DNA of 64,000 nt from Phoronis australis (taxonomy: Eukaryota > Animalia > Phoronida): contig NMRA01000069.1 of the NCBI GenBank assembly GCA_002633005.1, positions 298,422-362,421 on the forward strand, given 5' to 3'. Position numbers and translations under genes: made by a program. The notes under the pieces were generated by a model, which was not told the origin of the DNA, made no database searches, and was given only the letters and a program-made list of their open reading frames with translations. How positions within the stretch are numbered: position 1 is the stretch's first letter; every line of letters begins with the position of its first letter. This document shows positions 50,921-63,136 of this stretch, one piece after another.

Positions 50921-51448
50921 TGTTGTAGATGTGCTTCCGGTGAATTATATGAGCCTCTGTTAGCTACTCGCTAACGGGCAATTGCCTATTAGCTGAATGG
51001 TTAGCACGCTTGCCGGTTTTGTGGGGGTCGCTGGTTCGATCCCCGGGTCGGGTAATCTCGGCTATTACTACAAATGACCTAGTCGGAAAACGGATGATCT
51101 ACCGATGAAGCACTGCCAACTTAAGTACCCACAGACCTCGGGACGGCGCGCATGGAAGGTTCCAGGAGTCAAGGACCTGTATGAGAGACTACCTTGTGTT
51201 CACCTGTGTGTTGTGGTGGTAAAGTTACCAAGGGACATTGATGACCTGTATGCGAGACATCCTGGTCGCGTGCCCGTTCCATACGGAAGGGGGGAATGTT
51301 GTAGATTTGCTTCCGGTGAATTATATGAGCCTCTGTTAGCTACTCGCTAACGGGCAATTGCCTATTAGCTGAATGGTTAGCACGCTTGCCGGTTTTATGG
51401 GGGTAGCTGGTTCGATCCCCAGGTCGGGTAATCTCGGCTATTACTATG
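50921..51448 (+). mobile_element. Miniature non-autonomous LTR retroelement (TRIM) with tRNA-like sequence inside both LTRs
   Basis: 152-bp direct repeats 50921-51072 (TGT...ACA) and 51297-51448, differing at 6 positions. PBS-like TGACCTAGTCGG at 51075-51086; PPT GGAAGGGGGGAA at 51285-51296 abuts LTR2. Each LTR has an A box (TAGCTGAATGG) and a B box (GGTTCGATCC). Confidence 0.85.
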
Positions 51449-52134
51449 TTGTAATCGTCAACATCATTCGTCCTTTATCTTTCTGTGGTGTCTTGTGATT
51501 TGTCAGTTTTATGGTTCCCCGGATGCTTGTTTTACTTAAACTGCTGGCGGGAATCCTGCTGGCAGTCTTTCAGCAAGCAATGAGGATGTCAGGGATGGGC
51601 ACCTGGATTGGGTTTTACCTGAAGCTTGAATAGCTGTGTTTTAACTGGTGAGTACTTCTAGAGGCCTAGCTAGTGAACCTGCAGTAATACAACAACTACA
51701 AGATTAAGCGGAAGTGTTGCGCGAACTTGGAATACCCTAGGCAACTTGACAAGTTCACTCAAATAATCACGTTCATGTTCATAAAAATCAAGTTTCATTT
51801 GAATAAAACAATGTCAATTTCAACCAACCTTTTCAACTACGGAGTACGGGCGATCAGTTTCACCAAACAATAATCGATTTATTTTAGCCATTCACATATT
51901 CCTCCGGTTCAGTGACACAAGTTACGGTAAAGGAGAAAATAGTTGATCACATGGCCAATAATTACAAAAATTCTTTTCACCGAACAAAAATGTCACCTTT
52001 TTGTCTTAACGAATATTCAATTCTAAGTTCACGCAACACTCACTTTCGCTAAGTTGAGATTAAGCAGGATTCCAAGTAATCCAAGTTCACGCACAGCACT
52101 ACTACTTCTTCGTAATTCATCGGACGATACTTAC

Positions 52135-52245
52135 ACGGCTGTGTTAGCAACGAAAATGATTGTGCAGTTAAATGTATTCCCAGCGTCTGACTTCATGTGA
52201 ATAATTTCGGCTATTGGTTATTTCCAGTCGTGGGTTTTCCCCCCA
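52135..52245 (-). promoter_or_regulatory. Candidate promoter/first exon of the TICAM-like gene (kB-like GGGAAAACCC, CCAAT, donor |GTAAGT)
   Basis: On the minus strand: GGGAAAACCC 52241-52232, CCAAT 52217-52213, donor GT at 52134. A possible second UTR exon lies at 51678-51619 (ctgcag| ... CAG|GTAAAA). Confidence 0.3.
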
Positions 52246-53047
52246 CCACTAAGAAGTTTTCCTAGAAGTAGAACTCGATTATGGCGTACCTGATTATTGA
52301 CTGAGCCTCAAGAGGGCGCTGATCGTTTTGGCATGACGACCAGCGTCATCTTGAGGCTTGGGGACGAGTCTGTCCCTGCTCAGGTATCACCGTTAGTAGT
52401 TCTTCGGCAGTGTGTCTTACTCATAGGCGGATTTAGGGGGTGGGACCCAGAGAGCCCGCCCCCCCCCCTTGGTTTCCGCAAAAAATAAAACAGCAAGAGC
52501 GTAGGGAAATGTTGAGTTTATTAATTAACCCCGGTAATAAACATTATACGGCTGAAACAAGATTTAAATGTGTGCAGTTTTAGTGTGTTTGGGGGGGGCT
52601 CAGATCCAATTTCAAGTGTCAAATTCGGAACACGGCGCAATCGTAACGGAGCTATGGCTAAGTGTAGGCTCTCCCGCGATATCCGGACGACCGGCAATGG
52701 CGCTGCGCACTACGAAAATGGAATCTGAGTGACGATGAACAAACAGAAGCTCAGTGCTGGTAAGAAGTGAATTTTAATCCAAGTCTCAGTGAATCACCGG
52801 TCGTGACTCCGAAACTCATAGTTCTCTCTTTGTCAAACCTTAACTTAAGACGATTTTCAAAGCAATCGCGTCATTAATGCCAACACAAAAAACGGATTTG
52901 GTCTTTTGGGCAATTGAAGACTATATATCAAATTTGTTATGAACTGATTGCACAAAATATAAAAAGTGTACTAACCATTACAAAAAAGTAGGTTTCGCGC
53001 GCAAACGCTGAGGACTATAAACAAGTAGGTCTCTTAGAATCAAAGTA

Positions 53048-53482
53048 CCGGAGTTTTCCGCTGATAAGCCCACCCAGTGAAACGCCCATGGGCGTTTATT
53101 CGGAAAATTATGCCAAATACACGCCCACGGGCGTTTACTTGGTGTTACAACTTCTGGTGTCAAGTGTCCAGGCAGTGTCACGTACTGGTTTGGAATTTTC
53201 CTCTTAAAAGTCCACTTTTTGTCACAAATTCAGTTTTGTGGAGCATTTATTATTTATAAAAAGAAACAAGGCGTTGGTGAACTATGCATTTATCAACAAA
53301 AAAATTAAAAAACGTAATTTTAAGTAAAAGAGTGTCAAGCCAAGCAAAACTATGGCTTTCCGTTTACTGACATGCTCCCTTTTCCGAATAAACCCCCGGG
53401 CGTTTATTTGGTGTTCCTAAAACGCCTGAAAAGTTTCATTTTCCGAATACACGCTCACGGGCTTATCTACGGAAATTCCCGG
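53048..53482. mobile_element. Tc1/mariner(pogo)-type MITE with TA TSD
   Basis: TA|CCGGAGTTTTCCGCTGATAAGCCC...GGGCTTATCTACGGAAATTCCCGG|TA; repeated internal cgccc.gggcgttta motif. Confidence 0.7.
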
Positions 53483-53492
53483 TACGAGTGAA

Positions 53493-53572
53493 ATCGTGGT
53501 AGTGCAGTGGTAAAGCACGCGCGCTCTATCCGCTAGGTCGTGAGTTCGAGTCTGTGGTGATCGCAGCTTTTT
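53493..53572 (+). other. Degenerate tRNA-derived (SINE-head-like) sequence
   Basis: A-box-like TAGTGCAGTGG at 53500, B-box-like GAGTTCGAGTC at 53542, followed by a T run; no good cloverleaf. Confidence 0.4.
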
Positions 53573-54419
53573 AACTTAGACAAGTTCTCCGTGTTTTTTT
53601 GTTTTGCTTTATTGCCTTTTTTTCCTTTTTTGCTTGATTTTTAGGGAAAAAAATCCTGACGGGAGGGGGCAAACCCCCCTCCCGACTTCCCCCAGTCGGT
53701 GCTATGCGCATCTACAATCGTGTTTTGCGCAAATGTTTACAGACAAAATGTTGGCCCCCCTTGTGATATCCTAAATCCGCCACTGCTTACTGCATGTACA
53801 AATCGGTTCCCGGCACTGTTGCTACGCAAACTTATACCGATAACCGTGACAGTTAGTTGTCTGAAGAGCGTGCACTCAAAACTGGACATAAAATCAGACT
53901 CCGGCCATAAGATGCGCCAAAGACCGGGTTTTCTTTTAACAACGAACACGCAGTGTTATTCCTATGAAGCGCCAATGGGTTCTTAAACGTGTACCTATTC
54001 TAAACGTTGAACAAACGCACCATAAAGGGGTCAGCTTTTATTCAAACAATCAAATTTTAAGCTTTTGAAAAATATCGTTCAATCTTGAAGTATTCAAAGA
54101 CTTTCCTTTTAAAATATTCTAAATGGGAAATCGTGTTTTGAGCCGCTGCAGAAAAATATGAGCTTTTCTTAAATGCATAATTACATTTATTGTATTTTTA
54201 TTATCGAATTTCCTTGGAGGTTAGAATCATGAGAAGTTCCGCCGATCCACGTTGTATTGCGAAGTAGGCCTATCAGTCCATGATTCACAATAATGGAGAC
54301 AGGTACAGGCAGCGACGTGGCCTGGCGAAAGTGAGGTGGGCGGCAGAGCGGCACCCCTGTAAGTGAGGGCAAACTACCGAGGGACGCGTAAACAGTAGTG
54401 AAGGGGGGGGGGAGCGATT

Positions 54420-54676
54420 NNNNNNNNNNNNNNNNNNNNNNNNNNNNNNNNNNNNNNNNNNNNNNNNNNNNNNNNNNNNNNNNNNNNNNNNNNNNNNNNN
54501 NNNNNNNNNNNNNNNNNNNNNNNNNNNNNNNNNNNNNNNNNNNNNNNNNNNNNNNNNNNNNNNNNNNNNNNNNNNNNNNNNNNNNNNNNNNNNNNNNNNN
54601 NNNNNNNNNNNNNNNNNNNNNNNNNNNNNNNNNNNNNNNNNNNNNNNNNNNNNNNNNNNNNNNNNNNNNNNNNNNN
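54420..54676. other. Assembly gap (N run)
   Basis: 257 N; the ORFs spanning it are meaningless. Confidence 0.99.
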
Positions 54677-55760
54677 TTTTTTTTTTGGTTTTTTTTATGC
54701 ATGAACGTATTTTTGGCGCATCCCAAAATCGTTACTTGGAGCTCCAAAACTTTGTGTTTTGGCGCCCAAAAAAGATCCCTCGCACACATTCCCCCAAACT
54801 GGCGTTACTAGAGAGGGCCTAGGCCCTCCCCCTCTACATGGCCAATACAAATGACTGTGGAAAGGCATTTGTCGGAAAAGGATTTCACAGTCACATGTAG
54901 CGTTACAAAATTATTCTTAGCTCTGAGCAGTAATTTTCCGTATAACACGTGGAGAGAGATGAGCCTTTGAAGCCATTTTAGTTGATACAGCTTTTGAAGT
55001 ACAAATACCGCCATACGTTTTTTAAACATGACGACAAAGTTGTATGGAATCTTGTGAATGCAAGGCGTGGGCTCTCGTTTTGTACTGGGGCGCATGTTGT
55101 TATAGCTTACTCGTTTGCCCATTGGTAACTTGAATCCGGTGTTGCAGTTGGGAATTCACCCTTACAGAACATGTCCTACAGTACAAGCATAGCAAACTGA
55201 CCGGTTATTCAGTGAATTACGTGGATACTCCTTTCATCCAGGTAGAACATATTACAGGGGACATTCTTTAAGTTCACACTAGCATTGAGACCGTAAGATA
55301 TATCGATTGACTTTTTATTATGACATTGATCGGCGTGGTGCCCCTGCAGTCGCGGGGCTCCCGGGAAAGGGCCTTAGTAGGCCCCGTGGTAATTAAAGAC
55401 GGCGCTGGTCCAGTCACAGTTTTCTTATTCTGGCCGCGGGATTCATGAGCCTGGCTGTCTGAAAATGCAACCGTTTTCGCCTCAGTCGCTGAGCAGCAAT
55501 GCGACTATTGCCAAGACAGTGGACTCTTCTAATTCAAAACGATTGGATTTACAACGTACGTAGATTGCAGTCATTTAATCAATATGTAAAATGAAAAAGT
55601 AACCAACACACAAATCAATCCGGAAATTGCGATGAATGAATGTACCCTCAATATGTGACGATTTACAAGTACCCATGCAATATGATGCCGTATGGGTTTC
55701 GAAAGCTATTGTTTAACTTGCGAGATCCATGCGACGGGCGTAAGCGCGTTGCATGGTTAT

Positions 55761-58700
55761 TAGTCGAGTCAAAAAATGGTCCCCCGTGCACCCCCAGACT
55801 TCAACTCCAAAGCTGAATTTTTGCAAAGAGAAATAAGTGTGAAAACCGAAGAAAGATGTTAAAAAGCCGAAAAAGAGTCCCACATGCATTTTTTTATGAA
55901 AATTAGTGCCGCCATTACCGATTTTTCGTTATTTGATGATATCTCACTTTGTTTTCCTGTAATTTAACGAATCAAGTGTGAAAACTGATATTTTGAGGGT
56001 CAAGCATTACGAAGGAATAATTTTCTTCATAATCTACTGCATCTGATTTGCATGATACGATTACTTACAATCGATAATACACTGAAGGTGTACGTAAGCC
56101 AATATAAAGACTAAAGTAATGTGCAACTTTCAGTGCTTATATAATCAGCTTTTAAAGCCTAACTTCAACGGAATTTTGTTACTTTAGATGTATTAGGTTA
56201 ACCAGATAGTCCTAGAAAAGCCTTAGTAAAATAAGAGAACGCGAGTTCAATCACGCAAGTGTAACCCTGTGAAATGATAAGTGAAGATAGTTTTCGAGCC
56301 ATGTTGCGTCACTGCAAGATCCCAGCACAAGCAACAAAAGGTTGTATTGAATAGGGTCTGAATAGAACACCATTGCGTGCGGGTGTTTTTCACAGCTGTT
56401 TGAGTTAAAACTGAGGTGATTCTCGCGGTGACGTAGACAAAAGCAAGCCAATACACCTAACAGTTCGTTGAATTGGCAGTTTATGGCACTAGTGGGCTCA
56501 GAGCGATGCTCTTAATATACTATAGGAACCAAATTTACATGTGTTACCGTTGAAGATAGGCTTTAACTGAACCGTATTTCAACATTTTTTATATTTCAAG
56601 GAAAAATGCAGGGGATGATAGGAGAAATGTGGGCAGTCATTAGGTGCTGAAGTCACTGCTTACATGTTCCATCCCTTCATGTCACGTTCATCATGATCGC
56701 TTTCCGTGAAACTACCTTACAACTAGTCACTTTCCTCTTCCACTTCACAAACATCGGTGAGCAAGATATCAATCAGTGAGTTTGGTAAGATAGGACCACA
56801 CGGCAACTCGTACAGATTCTAACACTTCTTCGTCGGTCCGTATCCACAATTGTCCTTCGTCATAAGGTTTTGGCTTTTCAATTACGAGTTCGCAAGTGTG
56901 CTTGTACAAAGGGACACTGTGATTTACTCGTTGGATGTGAGGTTTCCGTGCAGCCAGGCAGGGGGAAGTCGAGCAAGGTCAACCTTTGACTTGTAGGTGA
57001 GAATTTCATCTTCACCAACCACATTGCGCAACATCGTGGTATGAGTAGCATCTATCCATTACCCACGACTCATACATGAAGCAAGTGAATTCCTCCATCA
57101 CTTTAAAAACTTCAGAACCTACAACCCAATCAACGCCAAATTGCATGAGTGCTCGGCGACTTTTTGGATTCTTTTTCAGCTTTTTAAGGGTCTAGCCTTT
57201 CATTCACCTGGTGCAAACTTCTCCAGCGTATATATGTAAAATCCAAGTACAGTTACACAGTAACATTATCCCAAGGATTTTGGCCAGGTCGGAGAGATTC
57301 AGTAGTCACCGAAGTTTTCCAAACTCTGTATCTAGATATTCCAGTCGACTTTATGGCATAAATATGATGGAGCAGAATTACAAAGAAGAATTCAATGTAA
57401 GGGGTTCTGACGCTGCGTTTCTGTACCCAACTGAGACAACGTACTGGAGGTTCAAAACAATTCTTGTGTCTCTTCTTGATTGCTGCAGATATGTGGGTGC
57501 TCCTAAACATGAACCTGAAACATCATATTAACTTATTGTATGACATTGCAGATTATCTTAAAGTAAGAAATACTCAGAAAATTTTGTTCAGAAAAAAGAT
57601 TGTGGACTTTCCTCGCCATCGAATGTAACACATACATGGGCTTTTCCGTCTACAATCAGGATGACCATCTCGCTCTTCTCCAACCTGGAAATTGCCTTCT
57701 CACCACTCCAGACTTACAGTAACAGTTGACAGATTTAATACGATGAATGTTTTCAGTCATCCAGTTCTGTCATAGTATAAGAATCAATAAATCTATTACT
57801 GGACTTACGATACGTGGAGATGGCAACGTAGGACGCAACGTAGCCATCTCCAAGTTGACAGAGTTGTTGTCATCGTTTTCAAGAATGGTTTTGAAGTCGT
57901 ATGGTTTTCGTGTATGTTGTCCACCCACGATTATGTTCTCTGAACTGCCACGTTGCAACTGTTCCTGGGCTTTGATAGATTCAGGGAGATAGCTGACAGT
58001 TGAGAACAAGAAGTGCTTCTTCGACGCCATGATCGTACTTGTAAATAGATCTCACCACATATTGGAGGGAGATTAGCCAACGTGCGGAGAAGTGTCATGC
58101 CATCTTGGATGAATAGAGCATCCTGATGATAATGAAAGTCTTCTGGAGCAATGTCGTCCAGAAGATAATGCAAAAAGGAGGCTGTGTTGGTCTTGAAAAA
58201 TGCCATCTGTTGTTCCACGATGGAGCTTCTACTTGGAGACTTCGTTGTCGGTTGCGACATGCACTGCTTTATCTTTGGAAGTTTCAAAACCAGGCTTGAC
58301 CTCTTTAATTACGATTCCTCAAGCACTGTTGACGGTCATCAACAAACGAAGAAATAGAATGAGTTCTGGAGGCAAAAGTTTTACAAATCCAGTTCCATAT
58401 AATGGACTGTTAATGACCACAGTAGATCTGAAGACTGTTTGCATGCCTTCCAATTGTCATCTTAAAGAGTGAGTGCAGTTTTCAAACGTTTACCTGTACT
58501 TCCTAAACAATATGCTTGTGCTAAAGCAGATGAAAGGTTATACTTGATCTGTGAAACAGCCAAAATGCTAGCGTCACCTCTGTCAATTTTTGTGAAGATA
58601 ACCTGGTTTTGCAATGAACCTGTTTTAAAACGATTCATAGTTTCTCAGAACGGTACCTAAGATTCCCATGCCCGTTCCGTTTTAGTTCCGCAACGTAAAG

Positions 58701-59593
58701 AAAACGGAAGGAAGAGACTTTAATGACATCATTTTGTTGGACGATGTGAGTTTTAAGTTGCGGTATTTTTTGTATCCCTCTTCCTCTCACATTGCATAAT
58801 GCTGTAAAATTACCATGTTCACTTACAGAATCTAAATGAAGAATGCATACGGGAAGAGATTGATCTTTGGCTTCAGTTGATAAGCTTCGATCTCGTTTTC
58901 TTTTAGGCATGATTTTTACATCTGCCTAGATAGCTGCCTTAATTTCGATTGCAGTCCGATTTCCCAGTCCTCCACATTAGATTCGTTCTGACTGACAAGT
59001 CAACAACCGATATGTATATTTTTATGTTAGTTTGTATTCAAGACGTGTTTTACGTCAAAAGCAGATTTAAAGCTTTGGTGTGTTATCATGCGACTGTCTT
59101 AGAAATAATGTTCCTCTTTTTAAAAGATGAGAAACATTGTTTCATATATTGAACCTAAAATATATTGTGGTTGGGCTGCACCCTAAACTTGACGTCACAG
59201 TTTGTTTTCATTTATGCCGTCAACTTCAAAGTCCTAAATTTGGATAAAAACAGCGGATAATCAGCCCCACACAACATTTCTGTTCCATATTTTGAGTGTT
59301 TTGTACATGTAATATAACTTTTATCATTTACTCGTAGTTCTAATGTAATGTTTGATCCACAAAACATAAGCCCAGATATTTAGCTTTTTCAATATATGAA
59401 ATAGTCGGGGAGATATGGCGAAATATAGCAAAATCGGTAATGGTGGCACTAATTTGCATAAAAAGTATGCGTGGGACATTGTTTCGACTTGTTAACANCC
59501 ATTTTTGCGTTTTCACACATAATTTAATAAATAACAATGCAACTTTGAAGTTGAAGTCCGGGGATGCACGGGGGCCATTTTTCGACTAGACTA
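55761..59593 (-). mobile_element. Decayed AcademX-type DNA transposon
   Basis: ~170-bp imperfect TIRs TAGTCGAGTC...GACTAGACTA with a 3-bp TSD TAT (55758-55760, 59594-59596). Frameshifted minus-strand protein remnants: MPKRKR...CILH, FIQDGMTLLRTLANLP, FSTVSYLPESIKAQEQLQRG...KPYDFK, DLARLPP...PHIQRVNH. These resemble the XPG-like nuclease region of Academ transposases. Confidence 0.75.
56700..58910 (-). pseudogene. Academ transposase remnant (frameshifts, internal deletion)
   Basis: ORF pieces 58635..58910, 57931..58287 and 57770..58030, plus a C-terminal motif near 56800-56990; only ~2.2 kb, with many disruptions. Confidence 0.7.
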
Positions 59594-59636
59594 TATCTCC
59601 TATGGGACGCTACCATTGTTGCTTGTTGCGTCTTAA

Positions 59637-59808
59637 CATGTGCGCACCCAGGGGGCCCCCAATTTGCGAAAAGGGAAAAAAGGTCCGCTCTCGAGAAACA
59701 AAATATCCGAGAACATGGGACAAAAGTCCACTAAATAAGCGCAAAGTCCCAANCCCGTTTTTTTTTTTTTTTTAGTCCGCCCCATATCGAAGGCTGGCTG
59801 CGCGCACG
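59637..59808. mobile_element. Small hAT-like MITE nested in the same host repeat
   Basis: CATGTGCGCACCCAG...CTGGCTGCGCGCACG; absent from the empty copy at ~31880. Confidence 0.55.
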
Positions 59809-60171
59809 CTTAGTACAATCTGTACAATCTATGGTTGGATATAACAATACAGGTCGCCCGGATATCGTACCTTGGGCGCCCATCAGCCGCTTATCGATAA
59901 ATGCTTACCATTATCTTTATTATAAGAAAGAAAAGCAAAGTAAACAATAGATACGCCTATCTACTGATGTCTATCCGAGGAGCTTGCGCCCTAGTTTCCG
60001 TTGGGTAAGAATCCAAAACATTAAGATAATCCTTAGATGCTAAGAGTTCAAGAATTTGCAAAACGTGTTTTCGAATTGTTAGGACGATAAAATGGGAGGA
60101 CTAAATGAACCCATTTAGTTCGATAAGTTTTTTATTCCGTAAAACGAAATGATTACTGAACCCACGAAATG

Positions 60172-60585
60172 TGAGGTATGCAAGGAGGTACAGCTCTTCC
60201 AGGCACTCGAACAATACCTCAGTGTTTATAAAAGATATTCTGAAATTCCGCAATTGTACAACAAAATTAATTTCTTTCTATATGGATGTCAAGAACTAAA
60301 CTCAAACGAAAATAAGGTTTTATTTGAAATAGTATCAAAATTTCTTTATAACATTAAATCTCTTTGTGTGAGTGGATAGAATTTTATACATCTGTATGAA
60401 AATGAATTATTATTGTCATATATCATTGTATTCTTAATATCAGTTTTTTATTTATGTATTCTTATATAATCATTGTATATAGACTTCTTTGTATTTTTTT
60501 ACCCAGATCTAATGCCTCTTGGCGCTTTCTGGGTTATATATATTCATTGTATTCTGAAGATTTCGTAATAAACATTAAAAAAAAA
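60172..60585 (+). mobile_element. 5'-truncated LINE (CR1-group-like ORF2 C-terminus) with poly(A) and 9-bp TSD
   Basis: TSD CACGAAATG at 60163-60171 and 60586-60594; peptide FLYGCQELNSNENKVLFEIVSKFL resembles LINE ORF2 ends; 3' stem-loop acccaga...tctgggt; AATAAA at 60567 followed by A9. Confidence 0.75.
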
Positions 60586-63136
60586 CACGAAATGCCACAA
60601 ATTATTCCATCGTGAAGTGCAACAGATTAATGATCTCGCATATACTAGAAATAAACGAATCTATTGAATGCAACTAAGTACTGATCTGCAGAATGAATGA
60701 GAGAAAAAATCTTCGAATTAGTGAATCCGAAAAATACAATAAAAATCGCAGAATATCATGTAAAGTAACCTCCAAAGTCATAACGGATTGAAGGAATACA
60801 AAAATACATAGGATCCTAAAAAGGCAGTTTGAATCCGTAAAATGGGACGAATGACTGAACTTACAAAATACATCAAATTTGTGAATCCGGCTTGGAATTG
60901 GAGAACCTGCAAAAACCAGGAGTGGTGGAATTTGTAAAATGAAAAGAAATAACGACTGCGTAAAATGAGAAGACTCTGTGAATAACGTTTTGATGAACAT
61001 GTAAAAAGGTACAAAATTGATTAATCAATAATATGAATAATGTTATTAAGCATTTGTTTTCTTTTTAAACATTTATTTAGGAAAACGCAAAAATTGTACA
61101 ACCTGAGACATAGTAATGAACAAACACACACACACGCACACCACGCACTAAATCAATGGTCCCTTAGTTTCCCAGAACGAGTGTAAAATTTAACCATTTA
61201 TCTCCAGATCCACCAAACTGTCCATTCTGGCTCTGAAAATATATATCTCAGTGGTTTACCAATACTATTTTACATCCGACACTGTTATTTATGTCTGACA
61301 CAAATCAGAATGCTGTCTGACATGTATCGGATTTATGGCGTACTTCGCCAACCATACTCGTAACCCAAATATCTGGCTGTAATTCTCTTTCAGTGTCGGA
61401 CGTTCTTGTCACCACACGCTATTATATCACAGTCATCCGGAGTAGCATACATTGAGAAAGACTTTACTTAACTATTGGCGACATCGCAGCCTGTAACAGA
61501 TAGAAATAGAAAAAGTTTCGATTCAGGTCGTCTAAAGCAGTACACTCCTTTTCTCGCTCGCAGAAGCAAACCCTGCCACTTGTACTTTTGGTGTTCATTT
61601 TACAGTTCTGAAGATGTCAGAGATTTTGTCTGAAGCTGGAATGAAATCGTAAACAGAGTTCACCTAAGAGCTACTCCACGAAAAACACATCAAGTGCACC
61701 ACCGTTGTAAGACTCATTCTTTGTTCTCTTGTAGTTGTTTTTCTGACTTCGCGTCTGAGCACTTTCCTTTATATAGTTTAATAAGAAGCGAATTTCGAAG
61801 TTAATTGTCAATCATAGCGGATTTTTTTTTTCAAAAATGAATAATTCATTTACTTTTTAAAGTGAAAACCATATGGATACAAGCCTTACCTAAGGTAAAC
61901 CTACGGTCGAGTTCTTTGGCGATTGTCCAGCCTTCTAATCTTCCAACTGCAAGTACAGGGTGCGAAGATTCCAATAATTCTTGTTCACCAATGCTAATGT
62001 TTCGAGAATATTTTGCTGTGTCAAAAACTTTACTCAGTGGTATCATTTACAGGCAGTGCAAGATAATACAAGAAGTAAATGCAGACCATGACTAAATAAG
62101 GTATTTGTATGAGGTGCTGCCATTAAACAAGAACATTTTCAAATAACAAGACATTCAAAGAATGCGATTAGTTTAAACATTCAATTCTTGACTCTGTGTT
62201 CGAACAAGAGTGCTTTTTGCGACAATGAAAGACTTTCTGAATAGTGACCGGTACAACTTTTAAATCGCAAAAGCGTCCCTAGCGCGTGCAAAATTCTGAA
62301 GCTCTTCCCTAGGTCCACTTCAACGGAAATGTGAAGTTTTGTGCTCAACTGTAGCGTTTACATGGTGTGCTTCCAATGGTCATATTTTGAATTCTATTTA
62401 GGGTCGAGGCCGGTCCCGACATTGTTCTTGATGGTTGCACATTTCCAATCCATTGATAAAACTTATAACTCTTCTCGATGTGTTCATAAAAGGGACGCTG
62501 TCGTTTTTACTGCCGAAAAACGCAGTCCCACGATTGTTGTAGGATTGAACTTTTTAATGTTAGTCCTATCACCTTTGAGTAGAATCGCAAAGCCGAAAAA
62601 TCCGTTGTGTTTTTGTGATTTTAGTACAAATCGCCAATTCTCGCCGATGTCTGCGAGACATTCGCTGAAATCAAGGCCGGCCGGGTGACTTGACCATTGA
62701 ATACTCTGTCATTTATCAAGTGGGATTTAATAGGCTGCAAACGTTCCAGGCTCGACTCAGCGCTGGGACTTCGTTCAGGTAATCTCCTTTCTCGCCGATG
62801 TCACCACCAGGTATGCAGTGCCGAAAGGAAAATGTATAGTTGTACATACGCAACCTCGTTCCCTTTAACAAGAATTTTTCCTATCTAAAAAAATCTGTTT
62901 ATGTCCATTTGTTCGTCAACCTCTGCACCAGTTACAATCGTAACTTTTATATCGTTTCTTCATCGGCTTAGAAGAATGAATTTTAATCTGCAAATGCCAT
63001 CAAAAGTTTGGGGTGGGCATCTGCTAAGCCGGTGAATTAAAAAATTCGTCTCATCTTTTATCGAATTACGGACGGCTAGCTCAAACTACGGACCTCAGTA
63101 ACCATCCGAGGATTGTAACGGTAATTAAGTGGACAA

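Larger units (their letters stand above)
52422..53785. mobile_element. hAT-like non-autonomous element with nested insertions
   Basis: CATAGGCGGATTTAGG...CCTAAATCCGCCACTG termini, same end family as 18647-18966 in the opposite orientation. Confidence 0.6.

Noticed and set aside
50983-51053. Stand-alone tRNA gene (and its copy at ~51360-51430)
   Set aside because: Has A/B boxes but poor acceptor and anticodon stems, and sits inside LTRs; treated as tRNA-derived element sequence.
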